A stretch of DNA of 24,000 nucleotides from Idiomarinaceae bacterium HL-53 (GCA_001458075.1 LN899469.1:942659-966658); one strand, 5' to 3'; positions 8,143 to 16,326 are shown, numbered from the stretch's first letter. Numbers and translations: made by a program. The notes: generated by a model not told the origin, from the letters alone.

Positions 8143-9716
8143 CGTGGAGAATTGCTCCTGACCTCCAGCACAACAGTCAGAAATTAACCATTGTTGCTAA
8201 CCGAGATGAGAGTAAGGAGCGAGCTCAAGCGCTCCCGCCGCAATCGTTTCAGAGCCCCAGTAATACGTTTGTTATGCCCGTGGATCCACAGGGAGGCGGA
8301 AGCTGGATAGCGACGAATGAACATGCACTGACGATCGCGTTATTAAATTATTATGAAGCTGATGCTAATCATAGCGAAGAGCCCAAACGTAGCCGTGGGC
8401 TGCTTGTCAAAGACTTGGCCGCTTGCAAAACGCTGTTGCAAGCCGAAAATTATTTACACGCCGCGCAGGTAACGGAGTATGCACCTTTTCACTTGCTCGT
8501 TTTTGCTGGGGTGCAGCACCCTATTTGGTGGAGTTGGAATGGGAGCCAGTTACAACAACGATTGCTAACAACGGGAGTATTAAGTACTTCGGCGTGGGGA
8601 TCTCGCTGGGTTCCAGAGTTAAGAGCTCAGTACCTGCAACGACATTTACACACCATGCGAGAAGACTCAGAGCACTTGCAACTTATGCGGCAAAGTAAGC
8701 CGTACAGCAATAGCATTGCCGTTGCAATGCAGCGCACAGATGCCATGACGGTTAGTACCACAGTCATAAAGGTGACCAGCGCAGACACGCAACTCACTTA
8801 CTATGAGGGGCATCCCAGCCAGCAGTCACATGGCAACGCAATGTTCTTAGTCAGACACAAGTCGGCACTCCATACGCCGGTAGCACACGATCAAAGTACT
8901 TGGGTGACACGCATTCAATTTAAAACTTTGTTTCAGGAAAAGGCTCCGCAACTTGCCCAAAGCCTGCCGAGTATTGCCTTTCCTCTTCTACGTTGGGTAT
9001 TGAGAGAGCGAGCGCTCAACTCGCTTTTGAGTCGTTTTGACTATGTGGCTCCAGAACAATTTTGCGACACAGCACTGCGCGAAATTGGGGTGAACGTGAA
9101 CGTCGAGGCGGAACGTTGGCCAGAACAAAGTGAGCGGCCCGTATTTTTGAGTAATCACCCGTCTGGTGGCCTAGACGGCATTGTGCTGATTGCCATGCTT
9201 AAAAAGCGATATCCTGATTTGAAGGTAGTTGCGAACGATGTACTTCAACAAATAGAGCATATGAAAGATTGGGTGATTCCGGTAAATGTGTTCGGCAATG
9301 CCAAGCGCTCGTTAAGTAACCTGCAAAAGGCATTCGATGGTGTGGAGCCGATTCTTATGTTTCCTGCGGGAAAAACTGCCAGACGCAATGCTTTGGGCGA
9401 ATTGGATGATGGCGATTGGTCGGGGGTGCCTGTGAAGTTAGCCGCGCGCCACGAACGAACGGTCGTGCCCCTTTTTCTGCAGGCCTATAATTCGAAAACA
9501 TTTGATTTTATTGCGAAATGGCGTCAACGTGCGGGAATAAAAATGAATATTGAAATGTTACTGTTAGTACGCGAGTTAATGAAACCCGCTTGCCGACAGT
9601 TTCGGGTCCATCAGTATTCGCCGTTACAACCTAAAGCATTAGTGTCGCTTTTAGCGCAGCAGAGCCCCGGCATGGCGGTTAAAGAAATGAGTTATGCCTT
9701 GCGCAAAGGAGTGTGA
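8130..9716 (+). CDS. Fusion protein: N-terminal NRDE (TANGO2-like) domain plus C-terminal GlsA/OlsA-type lyso-aminolipid O-acyltransferase (PlsC superfamily), 528 aa
   Basis: N-terminal evidence: the protein begins Met-Cys (MCTITW) and carries ANRDE at residues 23-27 (NRDE codons at nt 8199-8210), GGGSWIA, SRGLLVKD and the hallmark NRDE-family layout over ~240 aa. C-terminal evidence: LSNHPSGGLDG (His343, nt 9156-9158), MFPAGKTARRN, VVPLFLQAYNS and NIEMLLLVRELMK match the acyltransferase family partnered with N-acyl amino acid synthases. It is a single uninterrupted ORF. Confidence 0.75.
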   Translation: MCTITWRIAPDLQHNSQKLTIVANRDESKERAQALPPQSFQSPSNTFVMPVDPQGGGSWIATNEHALTIALLNYYEADANHSEEPKRSRGLLVKDLAACKTLLQAENYLHAAQVTEYAPFHLLVFAGVQHPIWWSWNGSQLQQRLLTTGVLSTSAWGSRWVPELRAQYLQRHLHTMREDSEHLQLMRQSKPYSNSIAVAMQRTDAMTVSTTVIKVTSADTQLTYYEGHPSQQSHGNAMFLVRHKSALHTPVAHDQSTWVTRIQFKTLFQEKAPQLAQSLPSIAFPLLRWVLRERALNSLLSRFDYVAPEQFCDTALREIGVNVNVEAERWPEQSERPVFLSNHPSGGLDGIVLIAMLKKRYPDLKVVANDVLQQIEHMKDWVIPVNVFGNAKRSLSNLQKAFDGVEPILMFPAGKTARRNALGELDDGDWSGVPVKLAARHERTVVPLFLQAYNSKTFDFIAKWRQRAGIKMNIEMLLLVRELMKPACRQFRVHQYSPLQPKALVSLLAQQSPGMAVKEMSYALRKGV

Positions 9717-9718
9717 AC

Positions 9719-10597
9719 ATGAAGCCACTTGCCGAATCTATTTCAAAAGCAGAGCTCGCTTCAGAAATTGCCCGTCTCACCCCCATGAAGCATTTTCGTG
9801 GCTTGGATATTTACCAGGTGCACGGAGACGACGCTCCACGCTTAATGTTAGAAATTGGGCGTATTCGTGAGCTCGTATTTCGTGGAGCAGGCGCCGGGCG
9901 TGGAGAAGCACGTGACTTAGATCATTTGGATACCAGTCAACTTGGTTATAAGCAACTGATTGTTTGGGACCCAGTCACTGAAGAGCTTGTGGCCATGTAT
10001 CGCTTTCAAAATGGCGAACATGCGCTTACCGGCGGCGATGAAGTATTACGCACGTCTTCATTGTTTACCTACACCGATCGTTTTCGAAAAGATTGGCTGC
10101 CACACGCCATTGAGCTTGGGCGCTCGGTTGTAAATCCTTTTGCAAAACGAAAGACTCTGGGGTTCTTTGCCGTTTGGCAAGGTTTGGGGGCGCTCATTCA
10201 AGCCTACCCTCAACTGAGCTGCTTCTTTGGTAATGTGACTCTTTACAAAAATTTCCCAAAAGAAGTGCTCGATACTCTCGTGGCCACTTGTGAGAATTGG
10301 TACGCGCCCCCCGAACCACTTATGCAAGCCAAATTAGCGTTGAAATACAATAGCCCTGCGAAACCGCTGCCGCGACCGGAAGACGATTCCCCGCTCACCC
10401 GTATGCAAGCATTAAAAGAAGCATTGGCAGCACATGAAGCTCGCATACCACCTATATTACAAAGTTATATGGGGCTCAGTAACGACATTTATTTGGGTGA
10501 AACAGCGGCAGATCAAGATTTCGGTGATGCGTACGAAATTGCGATTGTTGTACCTATCAAAAACATTGCACCCGATGTGTTGAAGAAGTTTCTATAA
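9719..10597 (+). CDS. GNAT-fold N-acyltransferase of the OlsB/GlsB (N-acyl amino acid / lyso-aminolipid synthase, 'hemolysin-like') family, 292 aa
   Basis: IRELVFRGAGAGRGEARDLDHLD...KQLIVWD matches the family core motif. An AAGGAG RBS at 9706-9711 sits 7 nt before ATG 9719 (an alternative GTG at 9713 overlaps the upstream stop). The gene is translationally coupled to the acyltransferase fusion. Confidence 0.75.
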   Translation: MKPLAESISKAELASEIARLTPMKHFRGLDIYQVHGDDAPRLMLEIGRIRELVFRGAGAGRGEARDLDHLDTSQLGYKQLIVWDPVTEELVAMYRFQNGEHALTGGDEVLRTSSLFTYTDRFRKDWLPHAIELGRSVVNPFAKRKTLGFFAVWQGLGALIQAYPQLSCFFGNVTLYKNFPKEVLDTLVATCENWYAPPEPLMQAKLALKYNSPAKPLPRPEDDSPLTRMQALKEALAAHEARIPPILQSYMGLSNDIYLGETAADQDFGDAYEIAIVVPIKNIAPDVLKKFL

Positions 10598-10666
10598 ATT
10601 ATGCTGGTTGTGCGATGAGCTTGGGGCATCTAAGATACGCTTAGGTAAGTCATACATAGAGATGCC

Positions 10667-11569
10667 ATGGACGCAACAACGATCGGTGCAAAAATAACAA
10701 GCAAGCTGAAACAGGTTTGGGCAGTGAGCCAAGATTTTGTTCAGTTCTTTTCTCAGCGCTTTGCACAAGAAAAAATTAATGTAACCGCAGGCCACCTCAC
10801 CTATGTGAGCCTGCTTTCTCTTGTACCTTTGCTCGCAGTTATTTTCTCGATGTTTGCTGCATTCCCCATGTTTGAGTCGCTGCGCCAAAGTATTCAAGAG
10901 GCTATTTTAGCGAACTTGGTGCCAACCAGTGGGCAAGCGATCGAAGGTTATTTAAATCGTTTTGTAGAGAATGCAAACCAAATGACAGCCGTGGGCGCAC
11001 TATTTCTATTTGTGGTGGCGCTGTTAATGATCTCTGCTATCGACAAGGCGTTGAATACGATATGGCGGGTGCAGCAACGCCGTCGCATGATTATTTCACT
11101 GGCTGTTTATTGGATGGTGATCACGTTAGGTCCCGTGTTGGTGGGCGTAAGTATTGCTGTAAGCGGTTATTTGTTCTCGTTAACTGCACTTGCAGACGAC
11201 TATGTGTCGGGCGTTCGCTCGGGACTGCTTGGGATCGTGCCGATACTTTCAATGTTCGTTGCATTTCTCCTTCTCTATGTGACCGTTCCGAATAAAGTTG
11301 TGCGAGTTCGTCACGCATGGTGGGGCGCAGCGCTCGCGGCTGTTCTGTTTGAGTTAGCCAAAAGTGGGTTTGAGGCTTACATAACCTACTTTCCCTCTTA
11401 TCAGCTTTTATATGGCGCGGTTGCAGCAATCCCAATCTTAATTGTTTGGATCTACCTGTCGTGGAGCATCATATTATTGGGTGCCGTGCTCTCTGCTACC
11501 ATCGAAGATTATGTGGATCCCGAGCGTTACGACCGTGTTCCGGAAGAAGAAGTTGAGGCGGTTGAATGA
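10667..11569 (+). CDS. yihY: YihY/BrkB-family inner-membrane protein (formerly mis-annotated as RNase BN), 300 aa
   Basis: AGHLTYVSLLSLVPLLAVIFSMFAAFPMF, NQMTAVGA, ALNTIWR, YWMVITLGP and FPSYQLLYGAVAAIPILIVWIY are close to E. coli YihY. It is followed by dtd, as in E. coli. Confidence 0.9.
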   Translation: MDATTIGAKITSKLKQVWAVSQDFVQFFSQRFAQEKINVTAGHLTYVSLLSLVPLLAVIFSMFAAFPMFESLRQSIQEAILANLVPTSGQAIEGYLNRFVENANQMTAVGALFLFVVALLMISAIDKALNTIWRVQQRRRMIISLAVYWMVITLGPVLVGVSIAVSGYLFSLTALADDYVSGVRSGLLGIVPILSMFVAFLLLYVTVPNKVVRVRHAWWGAALAAVLFELAKSGFEAYITYFPSYQLLYGAVAAIPILIVWIYLSWSIILLGAVLSATIEDYVDPERYDRVPEEEVEAVE

Positions 11570-12009
11570 TAGGTTTAATTCAGCGCGTAAAAGAAGCGCG
11601 AGTTGAGGTCGACCATCAGATTGTTGGGCAAATAAACCAAGGGATCTTGGTTTTTCTCGGCGTAGAGAAGAGTGACACCGACGCTCAAGCCATTGAGCTT
11701 GCACGCAGAATAGCCGGATATCGCATTTTTTCGGATAGTGACGACAAAATGAACTTAGATGTGAAAGACATCGGGGGCAAAATTTTAGTGGTGTCACAAT
11801 TCACCTTGGCAGCCGATACCCAAAAAGGCCGGCGTCCGAGCTTTTCTTCGGCTAGCTCGCCAGCTTCAGCACAACGCTTATACCATGTATTTTGCGACGC
11901 ACTTCGGGCTCATGAAGTCGCAGTGGCCACGGGGCAATTTGCTGCCGATATGCAAGTGTACCTAGTGAACGACGGACCTGTTACATTTTATCTCACCGCA
12001 AAGACATGA
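11566..12009 (+). CDS. dtd: D-aminoacyl-tRNA deacylase, 147 aa
   Basis: MIGLIQRV...GILVFLGVEKSD...RIFSD...KMNL...ILVVSQFTLAADTQKGRRPSF is the canonical Dtd sequence. ATGA overlaps the yihY stop. Confidence 0.95.
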   Translation: MIGLIQRVKEARVEVDHQIVGQINQGILVFLGVEKSDTDAQAIELARRIAGYRIFSDSDDKMNLDVKDIGGKILVVSQFTLAADTQKGRRPSFSSASSPASAQRLYHVFCDALRAHEVAVATGQFAADMQVYLVNDGPVTFYLTAKT

Positions 12010-12119
12010 GCTCAGGCGAGCGAATGATGTAATCGGTTTAACTGAACCAAAACTAATTGTTTAATCGTACATAAGCTATATACTTACGTTATACACATCG
12101 CTGTTGCGGGAGAGCGTTT

Positions 12120-12344
12120 ATGAAGAAAACAATCACGTTTGCGATTCTACATTTTAGTATCGCATTCACAGTAACCTATCTAATTACGGGCAGTTGGGTG
12201 CTAGGAGGATTGGTTGCGCTAATTGAACCCACGGTGAACACAATTGCCTATTTCTTCCATGAGAAAGTATGGGAGCGTATTGAGCACAAGCGTGCCCAGC
12301 GAAAGCTGCAGGCCTCGAACCCCGAGGCCTCCTTTTCGGTATAA
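12120..12344 (+). CDS. DUF2061-family small membrane protein, 74 aa
   Basis: KTITFAILHFSIAFTVTYLITGSW...ALIEPTVNTIAYFFHEKVWE matches the DUF2061 pattern. A GGGAGAG RBS lies upstream. Confidence 0.7.
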   Translation: MKKTITFAILHFSIAFTVTYLITGSWVLGGLVALIEPTVNTIAYFFHEKVWERIEHKRAQRKLQASNPEASFSV

Positions 12345-12347
12345 CTC

Positions 12348-13073
12348 ATGTCTACCATCGCTATTTTCGGCGCCGGGGGCGGGATTGGCAAAGCCCTCAT
12401 CCAAACGCTCGCGAGAACGAAACCAAACACTAATATACGAGCGGTGAGTTCTCAGGCGCAGCCAAACGAGTTCGAATCCAATCCGCACCTAAGCTGGCAG
12501 CAAACGCCCCACGAGATTCCCGCGCTCGAGGCCTTATGTGAAGCATGGCATGAAGATGGGGTTGTGCTCGATGGTGTGGTATCGACCATTGGTTGGCTAC
12601 ACCGAGATGCGTGGATGCCAGAACGCAGAATTGAGCAATTGAATGAAGCGCAGTTGAATGCCTATTTTCACGACAACGTGATTGTACCCAGCATGCTGTT
12701 AAAAGCACTCAAGCCGCTGTTTCCCAAAAAGTCCCCGTCATTCTTTGCGCAACTTAGTGCGAAGGTCGGTAGTATTGGCGATAACGAATTAGGCGGTTGG
12801 TACGGATACCGTGCTTCGAAAGCGGCATTGAACATGATGTTGAAAACCGCAGCCATTGAGTTTAAGCGTACGCACAAGCAACTGGTGATTAGTAGCATTC
12901 ACCCGGGTACGACCGACACCAAACTATCCGAACCCTTTCAAGAGCGTTTACCGGCCGATAAACTTTTTTCTGCAGAACAAACGGCAGAACGTATGTGGGA
13001 TGTCATCGCAAAATTGAAGCCTGAAGACTCAGGGGGATTCTGGTTTTGGGACGGGACTCGATTGCCCTGGTAA
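12348..13073 (+). CDS. Short-chain dehydrogenase/reductase (SDR), CsgA/C-factor-like subgroup, 241 aa
   Basis: The cofactor motif is IFGAGGGIGKAL and the catalytic motif is YRASKAALN, with HPGTTDT downstream. It starts 3 nt after the DUF2061 gene. Confidence 0.85.
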   Translation: MSTIAIFGAGGGIGKALIQTLARTKPNTNIRAVSSQAQPNEFESNPHLSWQQTPHEIPALEALCEAWHEDGVVLDGVVSTIGWLHRDAWMPERRIEQLNEAQLNAYFHDNVIVPSMLLKALKPLFPKKSPSFFAQLSAKVGSIGDNELGGWYGYRASKAALNMMLKTAAIEFKRTHKQLVISSIHPGTTDTKLSEPFQERLPADKLFSAEQTAERMWDVIAKLKPEDSGGFWFWDGTRLPW

Positions 13074-13144
13074 ACGTGTTTCTCGCTTGCACAGCACCTA
13101 AATATTGGGCATTCTGGATTGTAATCACTAGAAGGAAAGTTATT

Positions 13145-13399
13145 GTGGATTACATTATTAGTTTAATTTTGCCTCCGTTGGGAGTATGGCGCAGTGGTTT
13201 CAAGCCACAACTCATCGTAAGCCTTGGTATTTGGATTCTAGCACTCATTTTCTTTTACGTTGCGGCTAACGATGGACCGCCGGGAACTTATGCAGCTGGA
13301 CCTGTGATTTATATGTTTGCAGTGATTCATTCCTTTGTTCTAACCCACCGTAAATTGCAGGCTGAACGAGGTTCTATTCACCCGCATCAAGACCAGTAA
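13145..13399 (+). CDS. Small membrane protein (84 aa), with an N-terminal helix weakly resembling the YqaE/Pmp3 proteolipid motif; GTG start
   Basis: LILPPLGVW followed by hydrophobic helices. I trimmed the ORF to GTG 13145, which follows a GAAGGAAAG RBS-like purine run, because the track start at 13046 overlaps the SDR gene. The family call is weak. Confidence 0.35.
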   Translation: MDYIISLILPPLGVWRSGFKPQLIVSLGIWILALIFFYVAANDGPPGTYAAGPVIYMFAVIHSFVLTHRKLQAERGSIHPHQDQ

Positions 13400-13403
13400 A
13401 AGT

Positions 13404-13439
13404 AGCGTAAAGAGCGCATTTTCATTGACTCTTTACGTT
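13404..13439 (+). promoter_or_regulatory. Inverted repeat CGTAAAGAG-N14-CTCTTTACG between the small membrane gene and the RND remnant (terminator or operator candidate)
   Basis: The arms are a perfect 9-nt repeat (13406-13414 / 13429-13437), extendable by A:T and G:U pairs. No clear U-tract follows. It lies about 30 nt upstream of the adaptor start codon. Confidence 0.3.
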
Positions 13440-13468
13440 GGTATGGCTAACCAAATAACAGAGCGTAG

Positions 13469-13990
13469 GTGCTTATGAAAGAACTCATTCGCTGTGGCTT
13501 GGTTTTCACATTACCATTTTCTATTCTAGTTTTGAGTGCTTGCTCCGATTCCAGCGCAGATGAGAGCGAGCAGCAATCCGCCCCAACTCCGAGAGTGTTA
13601 GTGGTGACAGCTGAGGCAGCTAACCTCAGTTTAGAGCGCAGCTTTACAGCGCGCACAGAGGGCTCTATGGAAGCTGAGGTAAAGGCGCGTGCGAGTGGCC
13701 AATTGGTGTCGCGTGAATTTACCGAAGGTCAATTAGTTGAAGCGAATTCGGTGATGTTCCGTATTGAGAAGGCGCCTTACGAAGTAACATTGCAATAGGC
13801 ACAGGCGGCATTAAGTCAAGCGGAAGCCGAGTTAAGCGCCGCCGAGCGAGATTGGGCTCGGGTTGCAAATTTATATGATGACGGTGCGATTTCAGGTCGG
13901 GAAAGAGATCAGGCAAAGTCTGAATTAGAAATGGCTCAGGCCATGCGTGAAAGTGCGCAAGCGGCTCTCGACGATGCTGAATTGCAGCAA
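13469..13990 (+). pseudogene. RND efflux periplasmic adaptor (MFP) subunit, N-terminal ~170 codons only, interrupted by an in-frame TAG at 13796-13798
   Basis: There is a lipoprotein signal with lipobox (ILVLSAC), then a barrel-sandwich start (EAEVKARASGQLVSREFTEGQLVEANSVMFRIE). The coiled-coil hairpin (AQAALSQAEAELSAAERDW...ISGRERDQAKSELEMAQ...AQAALDDAELQQ) continues in the same frame across the TAG. The lipoyl return, beta-barrel and membrane-proximal domains are absent. Confidence 0.75.
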
Positions 13991-15319
13991 CGAAGCGGCG
14001 TTGCGAATACGCTCACATTTATTGGCTACGACTTGCTCAATGGAGGCCGAAAGCCGAACGTAGGCGCAAGTTTCGTAACTTTAGATGACTGGGACGCGCG
14101 TGATCTCGGCGAGAACAGCAGCCAAGACTTCGCAGAAGAAATTAACGCATTGGGTGAACAATTCCCTGAGGCTGAGATTACAGCCGCGAACCCTCCGCCG
14201 ATTTCGGGTATCTCAACCACCGGCGGTATTGAAGGCTACGTTGCTATACTCACCGAAGGTGATACCGAAGCGCTACTTCTGTATATGAATGAGCTTACCT
14301 CACTCGCGAATGCGCGTCCTGAATTGCAAAATGTTCGCACCACGCTCAATACCAATATTCCACGCTACACTGCGTATGTAGATCGTGAGCGAGCCAAAAC
14401 AATTGGCGTAAATATTGAGGATATATTTGCCGCGATGGGTGCAACATTTGGTCGTAAATATATCAACGACTTTACTTACTTGGGCAGAATGTGGCGCGTT
14501 TATATGAGTGCCGAGTCTGCCTATCGAGAGAGCCCGAGAAACCTTTCAGAAGTGTTCGTGCGCGCAAGTAATGGCGAAATGCTTCCGCTTAACTCTGTCG
14601 TGCGAGTGGAACGAACAACAGGCCCTGATTCTGTCCAACGCTACAACAGTCGACCTGCAGCTCGTCTAATTGGCGAGCCTGCACCGGGGTACTCTACAGG
14701 TGAGGCCATGGCGGCGCTAGAAGAAATTGAAGCAGAGCTACGCGAAGGGAATGAGCAATATCAATTGTTTTGGACTGGCGCATCGCAACAAGAGCGAGAC
14801 GGGAAGTCATCAGCAGGGTTAGCATTCGGTTTTGCGATTCTAATGGTTTTCTTATTGCTCGCGGCGCAATATGAACGCTGGACGCTTCCGCTAGCAGTTT
14901 TAACTGCGATTCCGTTTGCGATTTTCGGGGCTATTTTTGCAACTTTTGTCTTGGGATTACAAAACAACATTTATTTCCAGATTGGTTTGTTAGTACTTAT
15001 TGGCTTGGCCGCGAAGAACGCAATTCTCATTGTTGAGTTTGCTACTTTGCACCGTAAGCGCGGCATTTCGGTGGTGGGATCGGCAATACTCGCATGTAAA
15101 CAACGATTTAGACCGATTCTCATGACCTCACTAGCGTTTATTTTGGGCGCATTGCCGCTAGTATTTGCCAGTGGCGCCGGTGCGGCTGCTCGGCAGGCTG
15201 TGGGGGTTACTGTAGTGGGTGGAATGCTTGTGGCTACCTTCGTTTCAATCTTCTTTGTGCCGGTGTTCTATCAATGGATTGAAAAGCAGGTGGTGGTGAA
15301 ACGTAGAAAAAGAACTTGA
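13991..15319 (+). pseudogene. RND (AcrB/HAE1-type) efflux permease, C-terminal ~440 codons only, fused in frame to the adaptor fragment
   Basis: TFIGYDLLNGG..NVGASFVTLDDWDARD aligns to AcrB at roughly residue 610 onward. Further matches are RYNSRPAARLIGEPAPGYSTGEAM, YERWTLPLAVL, GLAAKNAILIVEFA, RFRPILMTSLAFILGALPLV and FFVPVFY. The entire N-terminal half (TM1-7 and the PN1/PN2 subdomains) is missing. ORF-track piece 13931-15319 starts at an ATG that still lies inside adaptor-derived sequence. Confidence 0.8.
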
Positions 15320-15369
15320 TCTTAAAGGCGGGTGCTACCATACCTAAGAGAGACCTTCGGAGGTATGTA

Positions 15370-15630
15370 ATGAAAAATGACTTAAGCACCCGTTTAATTC
15401 TGCAAGTGTTCGAGAAAATTCGTGAGCATGGAGCAGCGAATGAAGGGCAACACGAGCTCGAAGGCATTACCGCTTACACCGACTTTGACGGCTACACGGT
15501 GTATATGGAAGGGCATCAAGTGAAACTCAGTACTGGTTTTCACAATACCTACCACCTCGACTACGACTCAGAGCGTGCCTTTGAGAATTTTCTCAAAAAA
15601 CTTGAATACATCGATAAAAACTATGGTTAA
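15370..15630 (+). CDS. Hypothetical small soluble protein, 86 aa
   Basis: A GGAGG RBS at 15359-15363 sits 6 nt before ATG 15370. The track start at 15316 overlaps the RND remnant stop. I recognised no family. Confidence 0.45.
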   Translation: MKNDLSTRLILQVFEKIREHGAANEGQHELEGITAYTDFDGYTVYMEGHQVKLSTGFHNTYHLDYDSERAFENFLKKLEYIDKNYG

Positions 15631-15669
15631 ATGAGCATTCCACTTGCTTATGGTCAGACCAGATAGTTT

Positions 15670-16308
15670 ATGAAAACCTATTCAATCGCAGAAGAAATTG
15701 CACATTCAGTAAGCCACGGTATTGGTGCCCTTCTCGCTATTGCGGGGCTTGTGGCCATGGTGGTCTTGTCGGTCGCTTACGGCGATGTGTGGCATATTGT
15801 CAGCACCTCCATTTATGGCGCGTCGTTGGTGTTACTCTACACCGCTTCAACGCTCTACCATGCGATTACCAATGAGCGAGCGAAACATGTGTTTCGGCTC
15901 ATGGATCACGCCATGATTTTCATTCTCATTGCGGGCACCTACACCCCATTCTTACTGGTCAATTTGCGCGGCCCGTGGGGCTGGTCTTTATTTGGTGTTA
16001 TTTGGGGCATCGCCATCGGGGGTGTGTTCCTCGAAACCATGAAGAAAAAGCGGGTGAAGTGGCTCTCTATTAGTCTATATCTAGGTCTCGGCTGGATGGC
16101 ATTGATTGCCATGAAACCGATGCTTGCGAATGTGAACCCGACCGGCTTGTTACTTCTTCTTGCAGGCGGTTTGAGTTACTCATTCGGTGTTATTTTCTAC
16201 GTGCGTAAGCAAATGGTTTATCACCACGCGATCTGGCACCTATTCGTGCTCGCGGGCAGTATTTTACACTTCTTTGCCGTGGTTTATGGGGTGATTTTGC
16301 CGGGTTAG
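15670..16308 (+). CDS. trhA: PAQR/hemolysin-III family membrane protein (TrhA/YqfA-like), 212 aa
   Basis: It has seven TM segments with the family motifs EEIAHSVSHGIG, STLYH, DHAMIFILIAGTYTPF and HAIWHLFVLAGSILHF. Confidence 0.9.
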   Translation: MKTYSIAEEIAHSVSHGIGALLAIAGLVAMVVLSVAYGDVWHIVSTSIYGASLVLLYTASTLYHAITNERAKHVFRLMDHAMIFILIAGTYTPFLLVNLRGPWGWSLFGVIWGIAIGGVFLETMKKKRVKWLSISLYLGLGWMALIAMKPMLANVNPTGLLLLLAGGLSYSFGVIFYVRKQMVYHHAIWHLFVLAGSILHFFAVVYGVILPG

Positions 16309-16326
16309 CTTATAAATTCAAATAAA

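Noticed and set aside
8423-8698. Nested 91-aa plus-strand ORF inside the NRDE domain coding region
   Set aside because: It is an alternate-frame ORF wholly inside a well-supported CDS, with low-complexity Arg/Ala-rich composition and no RBS.
10625-10666. Inverted repeat GGCATCT...AGATGCC upstream of yihY as a terminator for the aminolipid cluster
   Set aside because: The stem is only 7 bp with a 28-nt loop and no U-tract, and it abuts the yihY ATG. This is not convincing as an intrinsic terminator.
12219-12488. Minus-strand 89-aa ORF spanning the DUF2061/SDR junction, with the overlapping 12244-12447 and 12248-12430 ORFs
   Set aside because: They overlap two recognisable plus-strand genes and have no motifs or RBS, so they are treated as frame artefacts.
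13796-13798. In-frame TAG in the adaptor fragment as programmed read-through or pyrrolysine recoding
   Set aside because: There is no Pyl machinery or recoding context. The locus also carries a gross deletion, so simple pseudogenisation is the parsimonious reading.
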